Of a stretch of DNA of 64,000 nt, positions 8,855 to 18,466 are shown piece by piece. The stretch's first letter is position 1, and every line of letters starts with the position of its first letter. The DNA lies in the NCBI GenBank assembly GCA_963718525.1, contig OY970355.1, positions 3,232,001 through 3,296,000 on the forward strand, read 5' to 3'. Source of the DNA: Candidatus Dormiibacterota bacterium (GTDB lineage: Bacteria; Chloroflexota; Dormibacteria; Aeolococcales; Aeolococcaceae). The notes below the pieces were generated by a model. The model saw nothing but the letters and a program-made list of their open reading frames with translations, made no database searches and had not been told where the DNA came from. The translations under genes were made by a program, and so were the position numbers.

Positions 8855-10446
8855 TACTTGGCGATCGTCGTCGCGGTCGCAGTGCTACCACCGACGTCGG
8901 TGATCCTGACCTTGACGATCGCCCGTTCAATGTCGCGTACAAAGTGATGGGTCCCCGACACCGCGAAGCCACCGCCGCTCGCGGAAATCGTCCCGGCACT
9001 CTTGGTTCCATCACCCCAGCTGATGCTCACGATGTAGTCGCCGACGACGGCCCCGGGATCAGCGTCGGCGAAGAGCGCCACCACGCCGCTGACGGAGTCG
9101 TTGACCTGCTTGAGATGCAGCCCGGTCGCCGTCAGCGCGGCATCGGTCACCGTCGCAGTGCTGCTCGCACTGGTAGTCGTCGCGTCGAGATCGGTGATCT
9201 GCACCGTGACGGCGAAGGAACCTTCCTCGAGGTACGTGTGGCTTCCCTCCACCGCAAATCCGCCGCCAGCGGCGGTCACCGTTCCGGCCGAGGTGGTGCC
9301 GTCCCCCCAGATGACGCTCGCCGAGTACGCGCTCGCTGTCGTGTTCTCGTCAGCGTCGGCGAAATTGGCCACCACCACGTTGCTCAGCGGCCTCCCTTCG
9401 ACTGCGCTGACGTTGACCCCGGATGCACTCAACCGTCCACCGATGGGGGTGTATGCCTCCACCCGGTCCAAATAGCTGGTGCCGTCATACCCACCGATGG
9501 CGTAGATACGTCCGTCCGGCCCCGCCGCCCCGGCCAGGTAGGCACGCGCGCCGGCCGCCATCGCCTGAGCGCTCGTCCAGGTATTGCTGGCGGCGTTGAA
9601 ACCTTCGACCCGAGCGTAGTAGTTCGTTCCGTCGAAGCCGCCGATCGCGTAGATGCGTCCATCGGACCCGGTTACGGCCGCAAGCCGACCACGGGCGCCC
9701 CCTGGCATAGCGGCAACCGTCGTCCACGTGTTGGTGCCGGTGTCATACGCCTCCACGCGGTCGAGCCAGTTGGTGCCGTCGAAGCCGCCGATCGCGTAGA
9801 TGCGTCCATCCGGGCCGGTTGCTGCCGCAAGAGCGACCCGACCGCCACCGGGCATCGGTGCCTCGGTGGTCCAGGTATTGGTGCTGGTGTCGTACGCCTC
9901 GACCCTCGCCAGTGGCTCGCTGCCGTCCGATCCTCCGATCGCGTAGATCCGGCCGTCTGGACCGGTAGCCGCCCCCAACACAAACCGCCCGCCCCCCGGC
10001 ATCGGAGCCTCAGTGGTCCACGTGTTCGTGGTTGGGTCATACGCCTCCACCCGATCGAGCGCGGTCAGCGTGTTGTCGAAGCCGCCGATCGCGTAGATGC
10101 GTCCATCCGGTCCGGTCACGGCCGCGAGGTCGCCGCGTGCGCCCCCTGGCATCGGGGCAACTGTCGTCCATGTGTTGGTGCCGGTGTCGTACGCCTCCAC
10201 GCGGTCGAGCCAACTGGTTCCGTCGTTTCCGCCGATGGCATAGATGCGTCCATCCGGTCCGGTGGCAGCCGCAAGATCGAGCCGCGGGCCACCCGCCATT
10301 GCCGCCACGGAGGTCCAGGTGTTGGCGGTCGCGAGCCCGGTCACCGCCGGGACGAGCGCGCCAACTCCGGCCAGCAGTGGCAACCCCAGCCACGCCAGCG
10401 CGCGGCGCCTCCTGCGCTTGCCTCGATGGCACTGATCCTTCCTCAT
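8854..10446 (-). CDS. Secreted Kelch-repeat beta-propeller protein with two C-terminal PKD/Ig-like domains (paralog A)
   Basis: AAGGAGG RBS before ATG 10446; Arg-rich signal peptide; six G(P/S)DGRIYAIGG repeats; same C-terminal architecture as paralog B. Confidence 0.88.
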   Translation of the reverse strand: MRKDQCHRGKRRRRRALAWLGLPLLAGVGALVPAVTGLATANTWTSVAAMAGGPRLDLAAATGPDGRIYAIGGNDGTSWLDRVEAYDTGTNTWTTVAPMPGGARGDLAAVTGPDGRIYAIGGFDNTLTALDRVEAYDPTTNTWTTEAPMPGGGRFVLGAATGPDGRIYAIGGSDGSEPLARVEAYDTSTNTWTTEAPMPGGGRVALAAATGPDGRIYAIGGFDGTNWLDRVEAYDTGTNTWTTVAAMPGGARGRLAAVTGSDGRIYAIGGFDGTNYYARVEGFNAASNTWTSAQAMAAGARAYLAGAAGPDGRIYAIGGYDGTSYLDRVEAYTPIGGRLSASGVNVSAVEGRPLSNVVVANFADADENTTASAYSASVIWGDGTTSAGTVTAAGGGFAVEGSHTYLEEGSFAVTVQITDLDATTTSASSTATVTDAALTATGLHLKQVNDSVSGVVALFADADPGAVVGDYIVSISWGDGTKSAGTISASGGGFAVSGTHHFVRDIERAIVKVRITDVGGSTATATTIAK

Positions 10447-10880
10447 GACACGACCCCTCCTTGGGTGTTCACGACCGCCGCAGCACATTGGTCATCGCCC
10501 GAGGCTATTCGGGTCCCTTTGGGCCGCCTTAGGGTTGGCTTAAGGCGCTGGATCCGGTTCGCCGGTCCCCCCTGTTCCACGCGGGACAACGTAGGTGGTA
10601 TCCGGCCCCGTTCATAGCGGGGAAACCCTACGAATGGTCGGCGGCCACCCTACGGCTGCGCTCACGGGCTCCGGGGCCCATGGTTCAGAGCGATGGCGCG
10701 CGGCCCGTGACAACCTCGGAGCTTATATCGTCGCTAGCAGGAATAGGATCAAGGTACCAATGGGAAAATGTGTGGACATGGTAGGTACCTTTGGATATAG
10801 TCGCTAGGTCACGGCAGCGGACAGACCTCCGCTCGAGCCGGACGCCATAGGTCAGGTCTGATGAAGGAGGACTTGGATCC

Positions 10881-11909
10881 GTGAAACGCTCGTATGGCAA
10901 GGCGAGTCGGGTGGGTGTGGGCATCGTGGCGGTGGCGACGGCGCTGATGACGCCGCTCATCGCCTCGGCGACGGTCACCCCCGACATCTCGCCCAACGTC
11001 GGCTCCGCACATATCCTGTGGACGAAGGCCCAGTACACGTCGGACGCGCAGACCGATCCGAATCAGCTGCTGTATCACGGCGGCACGGTCGAGACCAAGC
11101 CTGCGGTCTACCTGATCTTCTGGGGGCCGGAGTGGGCCAACGGCTTCTCGGTCACAGCAGGCGCGTTCACGTATACGAACAAGACCGCAGAGACCTACCT
11201 GCGCGACTTCTTCGGCAGCGTTGGCGGGAGCCCGTGGGCAGGGGTCCAGACGCAGTATTGCCAGGGCGCCGCGATCGGCGCGGTGAATTGCAACGGCGCG
11301 CTCGGCGCGCAGTTTGTCCAGAACCCGTCCAGCATGTTGAAGGGTGTCTGGGTCGACCCGAGCACGGTGCCGTCGCCAATCGTGACCACCGCCCTTATCG
11401 AGAACACGACGAACGATCCGGTGGCGACTGAAGCCCTCCGGGCCTCGCAGCATTTTGGGTACAGCGTCAACGCGACATATTTCATCCTGGCCCAACCGGG
11501 CACGGTCGCGACGGCGTACGGAACGGTCTATTGCGCGTATCACAGCGAGACCGCCCACGCACTCGGCGCTCGCGGTGTCCGCTACGCATTCATGCCCTAC
11601 GTACCCGAGCAGGGCTCAGGGTGCGGCGTCGATTCGGTCAATCAGAACGATGCATTTGGCCACGGCTACTACGACAGCTACAGCATCGTCGCGGGACATG
11701 AGTTCGCCGAGGCCGTCACCGATCCGGATAACTACAACGGAACCCAGGATGGATGGAACGATGCACAGAGCAATGAAGACGGCGACAAATGCGCCTGGAC
11801 GGGACTCCAGAACATCACGCTTCGGGGACAGTTCTATGCGATTCAGCCGCTCTGGAGCAACGCGGCAGCAGCGGGTCAGGGTGCTTGCGCGGTGAGCTTG
11901 GGCAGCTGA
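10881..11909 (+). CDS. Secreted protein, EXORDIUM/Phi-1-like, with HExxE motif
   Basis: AAGGAGG RBS, signal peptide; LLYHGG, VYLIFWG, YCAYHS, GHEFAEAVTDP, E.GDKCAW, AIQPLWSN motifs. Confidence 0.7.
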   Translation: MKRSYGKASRVGVGIVAVATALMTPLIASATVTPDISPNVGSAHILWTKAQYTSDAQTDPNQLLYHGGTVETKPAVYLIFWGPEWANGFSVTAGAFTYTNKTAETYLRDFFGSVGGSPWAGVQTQYCQGAAIGAVNCNGALGAQFVQNPSSMLKGVWVDPSTVPSPIVTTALIENTTNDPVATEALRASQHFGYSVNATYFILAQPGTVATAYGTVYCAYHSETAHALGARGVRYAFMPYVPEQGSGCGVDSVNQNDAFGHGYYDSYSIVAGHEFAEAVTDPDNYNGTQDGWNDAQSNEDGDKCAWTGLQNITLRGQFYAIQPLWSNAAAAGQGACAVSLGS

Positions 11910-12266
11910 CCCTCACTCGCATGTAACGCCTCGTTGATAGGTTCCCCAACTCGCTCGATCTCGAGCACTTGGGCGTGCGACAGTCGTCACACGCAACCTG
12001 CATCGACTACCGTGTCAAAACGCTGATCGCTGTCCCGAAGGGCACGACGGTGAGCGTGATCACGCACCCGGAGATGAGAACTCGACCGGCACGGTGAAGC
12101 TTCGGGCGTCGTGAAGGCCACGACAGCGATCAGCGCAGTGATCGCAACGGCGGCGCGAGGTGTGTCCGAAGCATTCGAACTTCCTCGTGGTCGTCGATGC
12201 GCGACGCACCCGATGGTACTCCTGGACCGAGCAGTGCCTGCTGGGACGCGATACTCTGCCCTGGGT

Positions 12267-12896
12267 ATGGGAAGCGTCACAATTTCAGCGTCGTACGGGG
12301 CCCGCGGTGAGGCGGTAGCCCAGGGCGTCGCCGAGCGCCTCGGGCTTGCCTTTCTCGACCGAGCCATCCCACTCACGGTGGCCCGGCAATTGCGGGCGAC
12401 GCAAGAATCGGTTGAGACCCACGACGAACGGGCGCCGACCCGTTGGGACCAATTCTTCGGCGCGTTCTCGAGCGTCGATTCGGTGTCCACGGCTGTGGGG
12501 ATAGCGCCCGTTGCGCTCGAGAGTCCCGAGACCTTCCGCTCCGCCACCGAAGCGGTGATGCGAAAGGTTGCCGACACCACCGGGGCGGTGATTCTCGGTC
12601 GTGCCGGCATGGTCATCCTCGGCGGTCGCGACGATGTCCTGTGTGTCAGGCTTGATGGACCGATCGCCAGACGGATCGCGCAGGCGGTCGCAGACGGGGT
12701 AGACGAGGCAACTGCCCGCGAGAACCAAGAGGATGTCGACGGTGCGCGCGAGCGGTACGCAAGCTTCTTCTACAAAGTGCGTCAGGACGATGCCAGTCTG
12801 TACCACTTGGTGATCGACAGCACCGCATTGCCAGTTGATGCCTGCATTGACATCATCGCTCGAGCTGCGCAGGCGCGCATCGGCGCAACGCCGTAG
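12267..12896 (+). CDS. Cytidylate kinase-like family protein
   Basis: VTISASYGARGEAVA..VAERLGL.FLDR, VILGRAG, LYHLVIDST motifs. Confidence 0.85.
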   Translation: MGSVTISASYGARGEAVAQGVAERLGLAFLDRAIPLTVARQLRATQESVETHDERAPTRWDQFFGAFSSVDSVSTAVGIAPVALESPETFRSATEAVMRKVADTTGAVILGRAGMVILGGRDDVLCVRLDGPIARRIAQAVADGVDEATARENQEDVDGARERYASFFYKVRQDDASLYHLVIDSTALPVDACIDIIARAAQARIGATP

Positions 12897-13150
12897 GTCG
12901 CGACTGAACGTAACCTTGACGAGCCTGCCGGCGCACGGTCGCACCGCATTCGGCGACCGACGTGCTGACGCTGGATCGGCGCATTGGCGATGCGCTGGCT
13001 TCGGTGTCCGTGAAGCTCGCAACCCGACAGCCTTCGCGTTTTCATAACCAATGGCTAACCATCTCTCCGGGTGCGGGCTCCTAGACTGCGTCGAGGGTTT
13101 CACTGCAGGTGGCCTTGAGCATCTGCGTCAGTACCGGTGAAGGAGATGAC

Positions 13151-14287
13151 ATGAATCCATCGAGCCCGACGCTTCGACGGCTGCTGACCGGCAGCGCGAT
13201 CGCCGCGGGAATCGCGGTGGCCATCGTGCCCTTGGCGGCCGGCCAGGCGATGGCAGCTGGGCGCAGCGCCGCACATGACCCGGGACTGCTTCCCGGCGTG
13301 ACATTCGTTGCCGCCCCGCCCCCCGGAGCATCCGGGCCCGACGACATCACACGGCTCGGTACCGACGGAGTGGATGGGGGACGCAATCTCATCTGGACGG
13401 CCTATCAAAACGGGATCAACCCGGACGGCACGCCCGGCACCCCCGGAGGGCCGACGAAGAGCACGATCGCGGGGTACGACCCGGTCGACGGCAGGCTGGT
13501 CAGGACCATGCGCGTGACCGGCAAGGTCGACGGGCTCACCGCTGATCCCAGGATCGACCGTCTGGTCGCCACGGTCAACGAGGACGAGAACTCCGCGCTG
13601 TACCTGGTCAATGTGGCCACCGGTGACGCGACCAAGTTCCACTATGACCCGAGTCCGTCCGAGTCCGACAACGGCGGTACCGACAGCATCGCGATCTGGG
13701 GCGGCCAGATCGTCCTTGCTCATTCGAATCCCAATGACACTGAGGACGCGACCGCATACGCGGTAACCCTCGACTGGTGGACAGGAATCGCTCACCTCCG
13801 GACGCTGTTCACCAACGACAGCAGGGCGTTCGACGCAGTCACACACACGTGGGTCACGCTGGCGCTCACTGATCCCGATACAAACTTTGTGATGCCGGAG
13901 GCGGCGCCCCGTTTCGCGGGTACGCTCGCAACGATCAGCCAGGCGGACGGCGAGATCATCTTCGCGTCGCGCAGCAGGAGTGACTCGCTGGACTTGACGG
14001 TCCTGCCGGTCACCGACAATGTCCCCGGCAACATCCCGCCGATCGACGGCCTCGCCGTCGCCACAGCCGAGCGCGGGATCCTCTATGTCGTGGATGCCGG
14101 GGCAGGCACGATCACAGCGCTCACGACCGACGGTTGGCCGGCGGGCACCGTCTTCGTGGCTGAACCGAGCGACAACAGCAATCCCATTCTCGGCACGCTC
14201 GACCTGTGGACCGGCATGATCACGCCGCTTTCCAACGCGTTCGTCAGCCCGAAAGGACTGCTGTTCGTGCCGGCTGATCGCGAGTAG
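13151..14287 (+). CDS. Secreted hypothetical protein (probable beta-propeller)
   Basis: AAGGAG RBS; Tat-like signal (TLRRLLTG...AMA); GPDDIT, GKVDGLTADP, ATVNED, GGTDSI, DPD, SPKGLLF motifs. Confidence 0.7.
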   Translation: MNPSSPTLRRLLTGSAIAAGIAVAIVPLAAGQAMAAGRSAAHDPGLLPGVTFVAAPPPGASGPDDITRLGTDGVDGGRNLIWTAYQNGINPDGTPGTPGGPTKSTIAGYDPVDGRLVRTMRVTGKVDGLTADPRIDRLVATVNEDENSALYLVNVATGDATKFHYDPSPSESDNGGTDSIAIWGGQIVLAHSNPNDTEDATAYAVTLDWWTGIAHLRTLFTNDSRAFDAVTHTWVTLALTDPDTNFVMPEAAPRFAGTLATISQADGEIIFASRSRSDSLDLTVLPVTDNVPGNIPPIDGLAVATAERGILYVVDAGAGTITALTTDGWPAGTVFVAEPSDNSNPILGTLDLWTGMITPLSNAFVSPKGLLFVPADRE

Positions 14288-14314
14288 TCACCCAAGCACA
14301 CGGTTTGACCGTAT

Positions 14315-14354
14315 CAATGCACCCGATCAGGTCCGTCCCCGATCGGGTGCATTG
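14315..14354. terminator. Perfect 14-bp stem hairpin between convergent genes; probable bidirectional terminator
   Basis: CAATGCACCCGATC-N12-GATCGGGTGCATTG. Confidence 0.65.
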
Positions 14355-14459
14355 CCGACATCATCAACTCCTCATGAACTGCGGCGTCTCTACGGTGCGA
14401 CCGCCTCCCACACAAGCTCGGCGACGTCGATGACAAGATCCGGCTCCGGAATCCAGTGC

Positions 14460-15863
14460 CTACGTGATGGATACAACCGCGGCGAAGATGGCTGACTTCG
14501 GGTGTGGTTGATCGCCGATCGCACTGCCCCAGCTGATCACGAGCGATGCGTCCTCGCCCCCACCGGCCATATCCCGTGCCGTCGGAAGCGTGGAGATCCC
14601 GAACGTATCGCCTGGCCACACGGAGCGGTCTCCGAACCTGGTTGAGACCTGAACCGGAGCCGATAGCCATCCGTGGGTGATCGAGAAAGCACGCACGTAC
14701 TCGGCATAGCCGCCCACGGAGTTGTCCGCAAGCCAGCCGACATACGCAATGCCCGCGGCGCCGCCCACGACCTCAACGATATGCGTGGCGTTGTCGTTAT
14801 CGGGCGTGACCCGCTCAAGCGAGGACCACGTCGCGCCGTGGTCGGTGGAATACGCCAGCCACCCGACATCGTGCCCGCTGTGCTGGGTGTCCCACGTTAC
14901 ATAGAGGTTTCCCGCCACGTCCATTCCGATAGCACCATCGATCCACCACTCTGCCTTGGACATCGTCAGGCGATCTGGCCCGATCTGCACTGGAGCCGAC
15001 CAGGTGCTCCCGCCATCGTCCGATGACGTGAAGTAACTATGCGCAGGCGTCATCGTGTACGTGACGTCGTTGGTGATGTGATACCCCTGGTACTCGAGGT
15101 CGATCCGGCCGTCCGGTTCGATCACGAGCGGTGCGCTGTCTCCCCCGCTTGCGGGAAAGCCGGGGCTCACCGGGATGATCGGTCCCCAGGTTTTGCCGCC
15201 GTCGGTCGATTTCTGAATGACGACATTGAGGTCGCCGGTTGCGAAGGCGCAGCTACCGGCGGGGTTGCATATGTACGTGACTGCGGCTGCACTTGGCCCG
15301 TAGTCCCACGTCACGTAGATGGCTCCATCGGGAGCGACCGCGATGAAGTCTCGATCTCCCCAGTTCTGCCGAATTGGTGGCACGAGCGATGTGACCTGAG
15401 AAAAGGTCACTCCATGGTCGAAGGACGCTGCGACCACCGGATACGTGTATCCCTTCCTGGTGATCATGAATGAGGCGTAGACGGCGCCGTTGGGTGCGAC
15501 CGCGAGAGCTGGATCCCAGCTCGATGCGACCGACCCCGGAGGATTGATTGGGGAGTTGAAGTGATGGCCGCCGTCGGCGGATCGAGCAAACGCGATGCCC
15601 TTGCAGCCCATCCAAAGCTCATAAACGTACCGGCCGGAGCGATCCGTCGCCTGCTCCACTTCCGCGTTCTGGCCAGTACAACCACGGCTCACGTCCGCAA
15701 CCTTGCCAACGGAATCCGTCGTGGCGGCGCCAGCAGCAGGCACTGGCGTGGGTACGCCTAATGCGGCCGCCCCCGCGAGCACGATGACCACACCGCTACA
15801 CAAAATCTTCCGCCCGCCAGACCGGCGGCGAGCGGCTGCATCCGGTGCTCGTTGACCTTGCAT
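14460..15863 (-). CDS. Secreted BNR/Asp-box repeat (sialidase-fold) protein
   Basis: Signal peptide; five Asp-boxes: SADGGHHF, SFDHGVTF, STDGGKTW, SDDGGSTW, STDHGATW. Confidence 0.8.
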   Translation of the reverse strand: MQGQRAPDAAARRRSGGRKILCSGVVIVLAGAAALGVPTPVPAAGAATTDSVGKVADVSRGCTGQNAEVEQATDRSGRYVYELWMGCKGIAFARSADGGHHFNSPINPPGSVASSWDPALAVAPNGAVYASFMITRKGYTYPVVAASFDHGVTFSQVTSLVPPIRQNWGDRDFIAVAPDGAIYVTWDYGPSAAAVTYICNPAGSCAFATGDLNVVIQKSTDGGKTWGPIIPVSPGFPASGGDSAPLVIEPDGRIDLEYQGYHITNDVTYTMTPAHSYFTSSDDGGSTWSAPVQIGPDRLTMSKAEWWIDGAIGMDVAGNLYVTWDTQHSGHDVGWLAYSTDHGATWSSLERVTPDNDNATHIVEVVGGAAGIAYVGWLADNSVGGYAEYVRAFSITHGWLSAPVQVSTRFGDRSVWPGDTFGISTLPTARDMAGGGEDASLVISWGSAIGDQPHPKSAIFAAVVSIT

Positions 15864-16301
15864 CGCGCTCGTGAGCCTACTGCAGCGATCCGTCGTGACG
15901 CCACGCGACTTTGATCACCCAGTTTCGTGCCACTCGCCCGGGCGTAGACAGCTCCTCGCGCGCCGACCATGAGGCGCCGAGCCGGGTCAGTGCGCCTCTG
16001 GCGCCCGTTGCGATCGAAACGGCTAGGCTGTGAACGTGCCTTGGGCGGGCCCCTCGCCGAGTGCGTGTTGTCTGGTCGCGGTCGAACTACTGGGGATGTG
16101 TCATGGACGCGTACGTTCCTCGCCCGGCACGGCGACCGACACATTCACACTCGTGGTCAACTACGCGAGTACTCCGGTCCACCTGACCTAGACATCCCCA
16201 TGGAGTGAGGCGACCCTTGCCTCCAGCACCTTGAGACGCCTGGTGATGGTCGGCTGCGTCAGCGTGGAGGACGCCGCGAGCACCAGCCTCGATGCCGGCG
16301 G

Positions 16302-16373
16302 AGCCCAAGGTGAGGATTGAACTCACGGCCTACGCCTTACCAAGGCGTTGCTCTACCACTGAGCTACTTGGGC
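16302..16373 (-). tRNA. tRNA-Thr(GGT)
   Basis: GCCCAAGTAGCTCAGTGGTAGAGCAACGCCTTGGTAAGGCGTAGGCCGTGAGTTCAATCCTCACCTTGGGCT; full cloverleaf, anticodon GGT, CCA not encoded. Confidence 0.95.
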
Positions 16374-16408
16374 ACGCCGGGCGATGGTACCAAGGCGTCC
16401 TACCCGGA

Positions 16409-17254
16409 TCAGGTGCGCCGCAGTGAGGCCAGCCATGCAATCGCAAACACCGCGGTGGTCAGCGCCAGGATGGGAAACGGCCTTCGGCTGCGCGTGACGG
16501 CCACGACGGCGACACCAGCCCCGAGCACCGCAAGGCCTGCAAAGAAACTCGGCCCGGCCTGACCGAGCGGCCCCGCCAGCAGAGCTGCGAGCACCCCTGC
16601 AACCGCAAGAGCGCCCGGCCCGACCCACGTGGACCATCCCGGACCGAGGAGCACTGGAAGGCTGCGGCGGCCGGCGGCGCGGTCGCCCTCGATGTCCGGC
16701 AGCGCATTGGCCACGTGGAGCCCGACTGCGATCAGGCCGGACAGCGGGATCAAGACAAGCAGTCGAGACGGGATCGACCCGACCGAGGCGTACCCCTCAA
16801 AAGGAAGCACGGCCATCCCGCCCCACCAGGGAACCCAGGAAAATGGTGTCCGGCGCAATCCGAGGTCGTAGGCGAGACCCGCGCACAGCGCAAGTGCATC
16901 GAATCCGAGCGTGGCCGGGTTGATCGTCGCGGCGGCGCCGAGGCCGATCGCCCCGAGCACCACGCCGACACCCGTTGCGGTCGGGAGTGAGATGACCCCG
17001 CGCACCAGGGGCTTGTGGGGCTTGGTGACGGCATCTGCCCGAAGGTCGACGACGTCATTGACGACGCCGATGCACAGTTGGACCGGCAGCATCGCCCCCA
17101 CCAACTGCAGAACCCGAGGTGCGTCCGGGACGTGCCGAGCGGCCAGCCCCGCAATCGCAACCAGGACGCAGGTCACCAGCAGCGACGGCCCCGGATGGCT
17201 CATGAAGATGAGCGATCGAATCCTCCCTCCCGGCCGCCGCTCGTCCCACCACAC
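16409..17254 (-). CDS. UbiA-family prenyltransferase
   Basis: SHPGP, NDVVDLRAD...KP.KPLVRG and NALPDIEGD Asp-rich motifs; multiple TMs; start codon uncertain (GTG 17254). Confidence 0.85.
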   Translation of the reverse strand: MWWDERRPGGRIRSLIFMSHPGPSLLVTCVLVAIAGLAARHVPDAPRVLQLVGAMLPVQLCIGVVNDVVDLRADAVTKPHKPLVRGVISLPTATGVGVVLGAIGLGAAATINPATLGFDALALCAGLAYDLGLRRTPFSWVPWWGGMAVLPFEGYASVGSIPSRLLVLIPLSGLIAVGLHVANALPDIEGDRAAGRRSLPVLLGPGWSTWVGPGALAVAGVLAALLAGPLGQAGPSFFAGLAVLGAGVAVVAVTRSRRPFPILALTTAVFAIAWLASLRRT

Positions 17255-17267
17255 CGGGCGGGCCGCC

Positions 17268-17507
17268 CTACGGCTTGGGCGCTTCGGAGGGGGGAGCTTC
17301 GCTCGACTCATCGCCGCTGCCGAGCTCATGGTCAGGGTTCGCGGCGGTTTCGGCGGCCTCACGCGCCGCTGTGAGCGATCCATACCCCGCGGCCTCTTCA
17401 GCCGCGACTTCCGCCGCCAGCAGGCGATCGTGGACGGCGTGCTCGAAGCGATGCAGCCGGCTTTCTTCGTGCTCGGGAGGATCCTCGGGCGGTGGCGTGT
17501 CGGTCAT
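17268..17507 (-). CDS. Small acidic hypothetical protein (79 aa)
   Basis: GGAG RBS before ATG 17507; MTDTPPPEDPPEHEESRLHRFEHAVHDRLL...; GC3-biased codons. Confidence 0.55.
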   Translation of the reverse strand: MTDTPPPEDPPEHEESRLHRFEHAVHDRLLAAEVAAEEAAGYGSLTAAREAAETAANPDHELGSGDESSEAPPSEAPKP

Positions 17508-17580
17508 GTGCTCACTCCATCTGAGATGCAGCTGTCGCGTCGCGGCCGGATTCGCAGTATGGGCGATGATTCCTCCCCGC

Positions 17581-17608
17581 TTGACGTTTGCCGATATCGG
17601 TATATGAT
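17581..17608 (+). promoter_or_regulatory. Sigma-70 promoter overlapping a palindromic ArsR operator
   Basis: TTGACG (17581) ... TATGAT (17603); TGCCGATATCGGTA palindrome (17589-17602) lies between them; ATG 6 nt after the -10. Confidence 0.7.
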
Positions 17609-17614
17609 TGCGGC

Positions 17615-17956
17615 ATGGCACGAGCAGCGACGACGTCGGACGTCTTCAACGCGATCGCCGAGCAGCAGCGCCGGGAGATCCTGGTGCTGCTGCGGGCGGG
17701 TGAGGAGCCGGTGGGCGAGTTGGCCCAGGAGCTGGGGATGACCCAGCCGGGGACGTCCAAACACCTGCGGGTGCTCCGCGAGGTCGGACTGGTGCGGAAC
17801 CGCGCGGCAGGCAAGCAACGCCTGTATGGCCTTGACGCCCGCGGGCTTCGACCGGTTCACGAGTGGACGGGCGGGTTCGAGCGGTTCTGGAATGAGAGCT
17901 TCGAACGGCTGGACCAATACGTGCAGGAGCTCAAGCAGGCGAGGCAGGAGGAGTAG
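17615..17956 (+). CDS. ArsR/SmtB-family transcriptional regulator
   Basis: MARAATTSDVFNAIAEQQRREIL...QPGTSKHLRVLREVGLV. Confidence 0.92.
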   Translation: MARAATTSDVFNAIAEQQRREILVLLRAGEEPVGELAQELGMTQPGTSKHLRVLREVGLVRNRAAGKQRLYGLDARGLRPVHEWTGGFERFWNESFERLDQYVQELKQARQEE

Positions 17957-17959
17957 CTC

Positions 17960-18466
17960 ATGAGCGCGACGGGACGAGGAGCGCCGGCGCAGGCCGCGAC
18001 GGCCGACCGCGAGATCGTGATCTCCCGGGTCATCAGTGCCCCACGGGAGCTGGTGTTCGAGGCGTTCACCGAGGTGCGCCACTTATCACGGTGGTGGGGA
18101 CCCGACGGGTTCACCACCACCACACGGGCGTTCGAGTTCCTCGTCGGCGGAGAGTGGGACTTCGTGATGCGCGGACCGGACGGGACGGAGTACCAGGAGT
18201 GGATCTCCTGGACGGAGATCGCCCCGCCGGAGCGGATCGCGCTGCTCCACGGTGAGTCCCGCGGCGACCCGAACGCCTTCGAGTTGGTCGTGACGTTCGC
18301 GCCCGACGGCGCGGCGACCCGGATCGAGATGCACACGGTGTTCCCCACGAAGGAGCTGCGCGACGAGGCGGTCGAGAAGTACCACGCGATCGAGGGCGGC
18401 CGGCAGACCCTGAGCAACCTGGCTGCCTACGTCACGGAGATCGTTCGAAAGGGGGTTGAGGACTGA
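17960..18466 (+). CDS. SRPBCC/AHSA1-like (START-fold) protein
   Basis: REIVISRVISAPRELVFEAFT...WWGPDGF; typical ArsR-SRPBCC-DHFR operon. Confidence 0.9.
   Translation: MSATGRGAPAQAATADREIVISRVISAPRELVFEAFTEVRHLSRWWGPDGFTTTTRAFEFLVGGEWDFVMRGPDGTEYQEWISWTEIAPPERIALLHGESRGDPNAFELVVTFAPDGAATRIEMHTVFPTKELRDEAVEKYHAIEGGRQTLSNLAAYVTEIVRKGVED

Noticed and set aside
7860-10320. Regularly spaced ~25-bp DNA repeats resembling a CRISPR array
   Set aside because: Period is about 141-147 bp, in frame, and the spacers are homologous: these are Kelch coding repeats; no cas genes present
11910-12260. Possible riboswitch or small ORF upstream of the cytidylate kinase-like gene
   Set aside because: No recognisable aptamer consensus and no credible ORF
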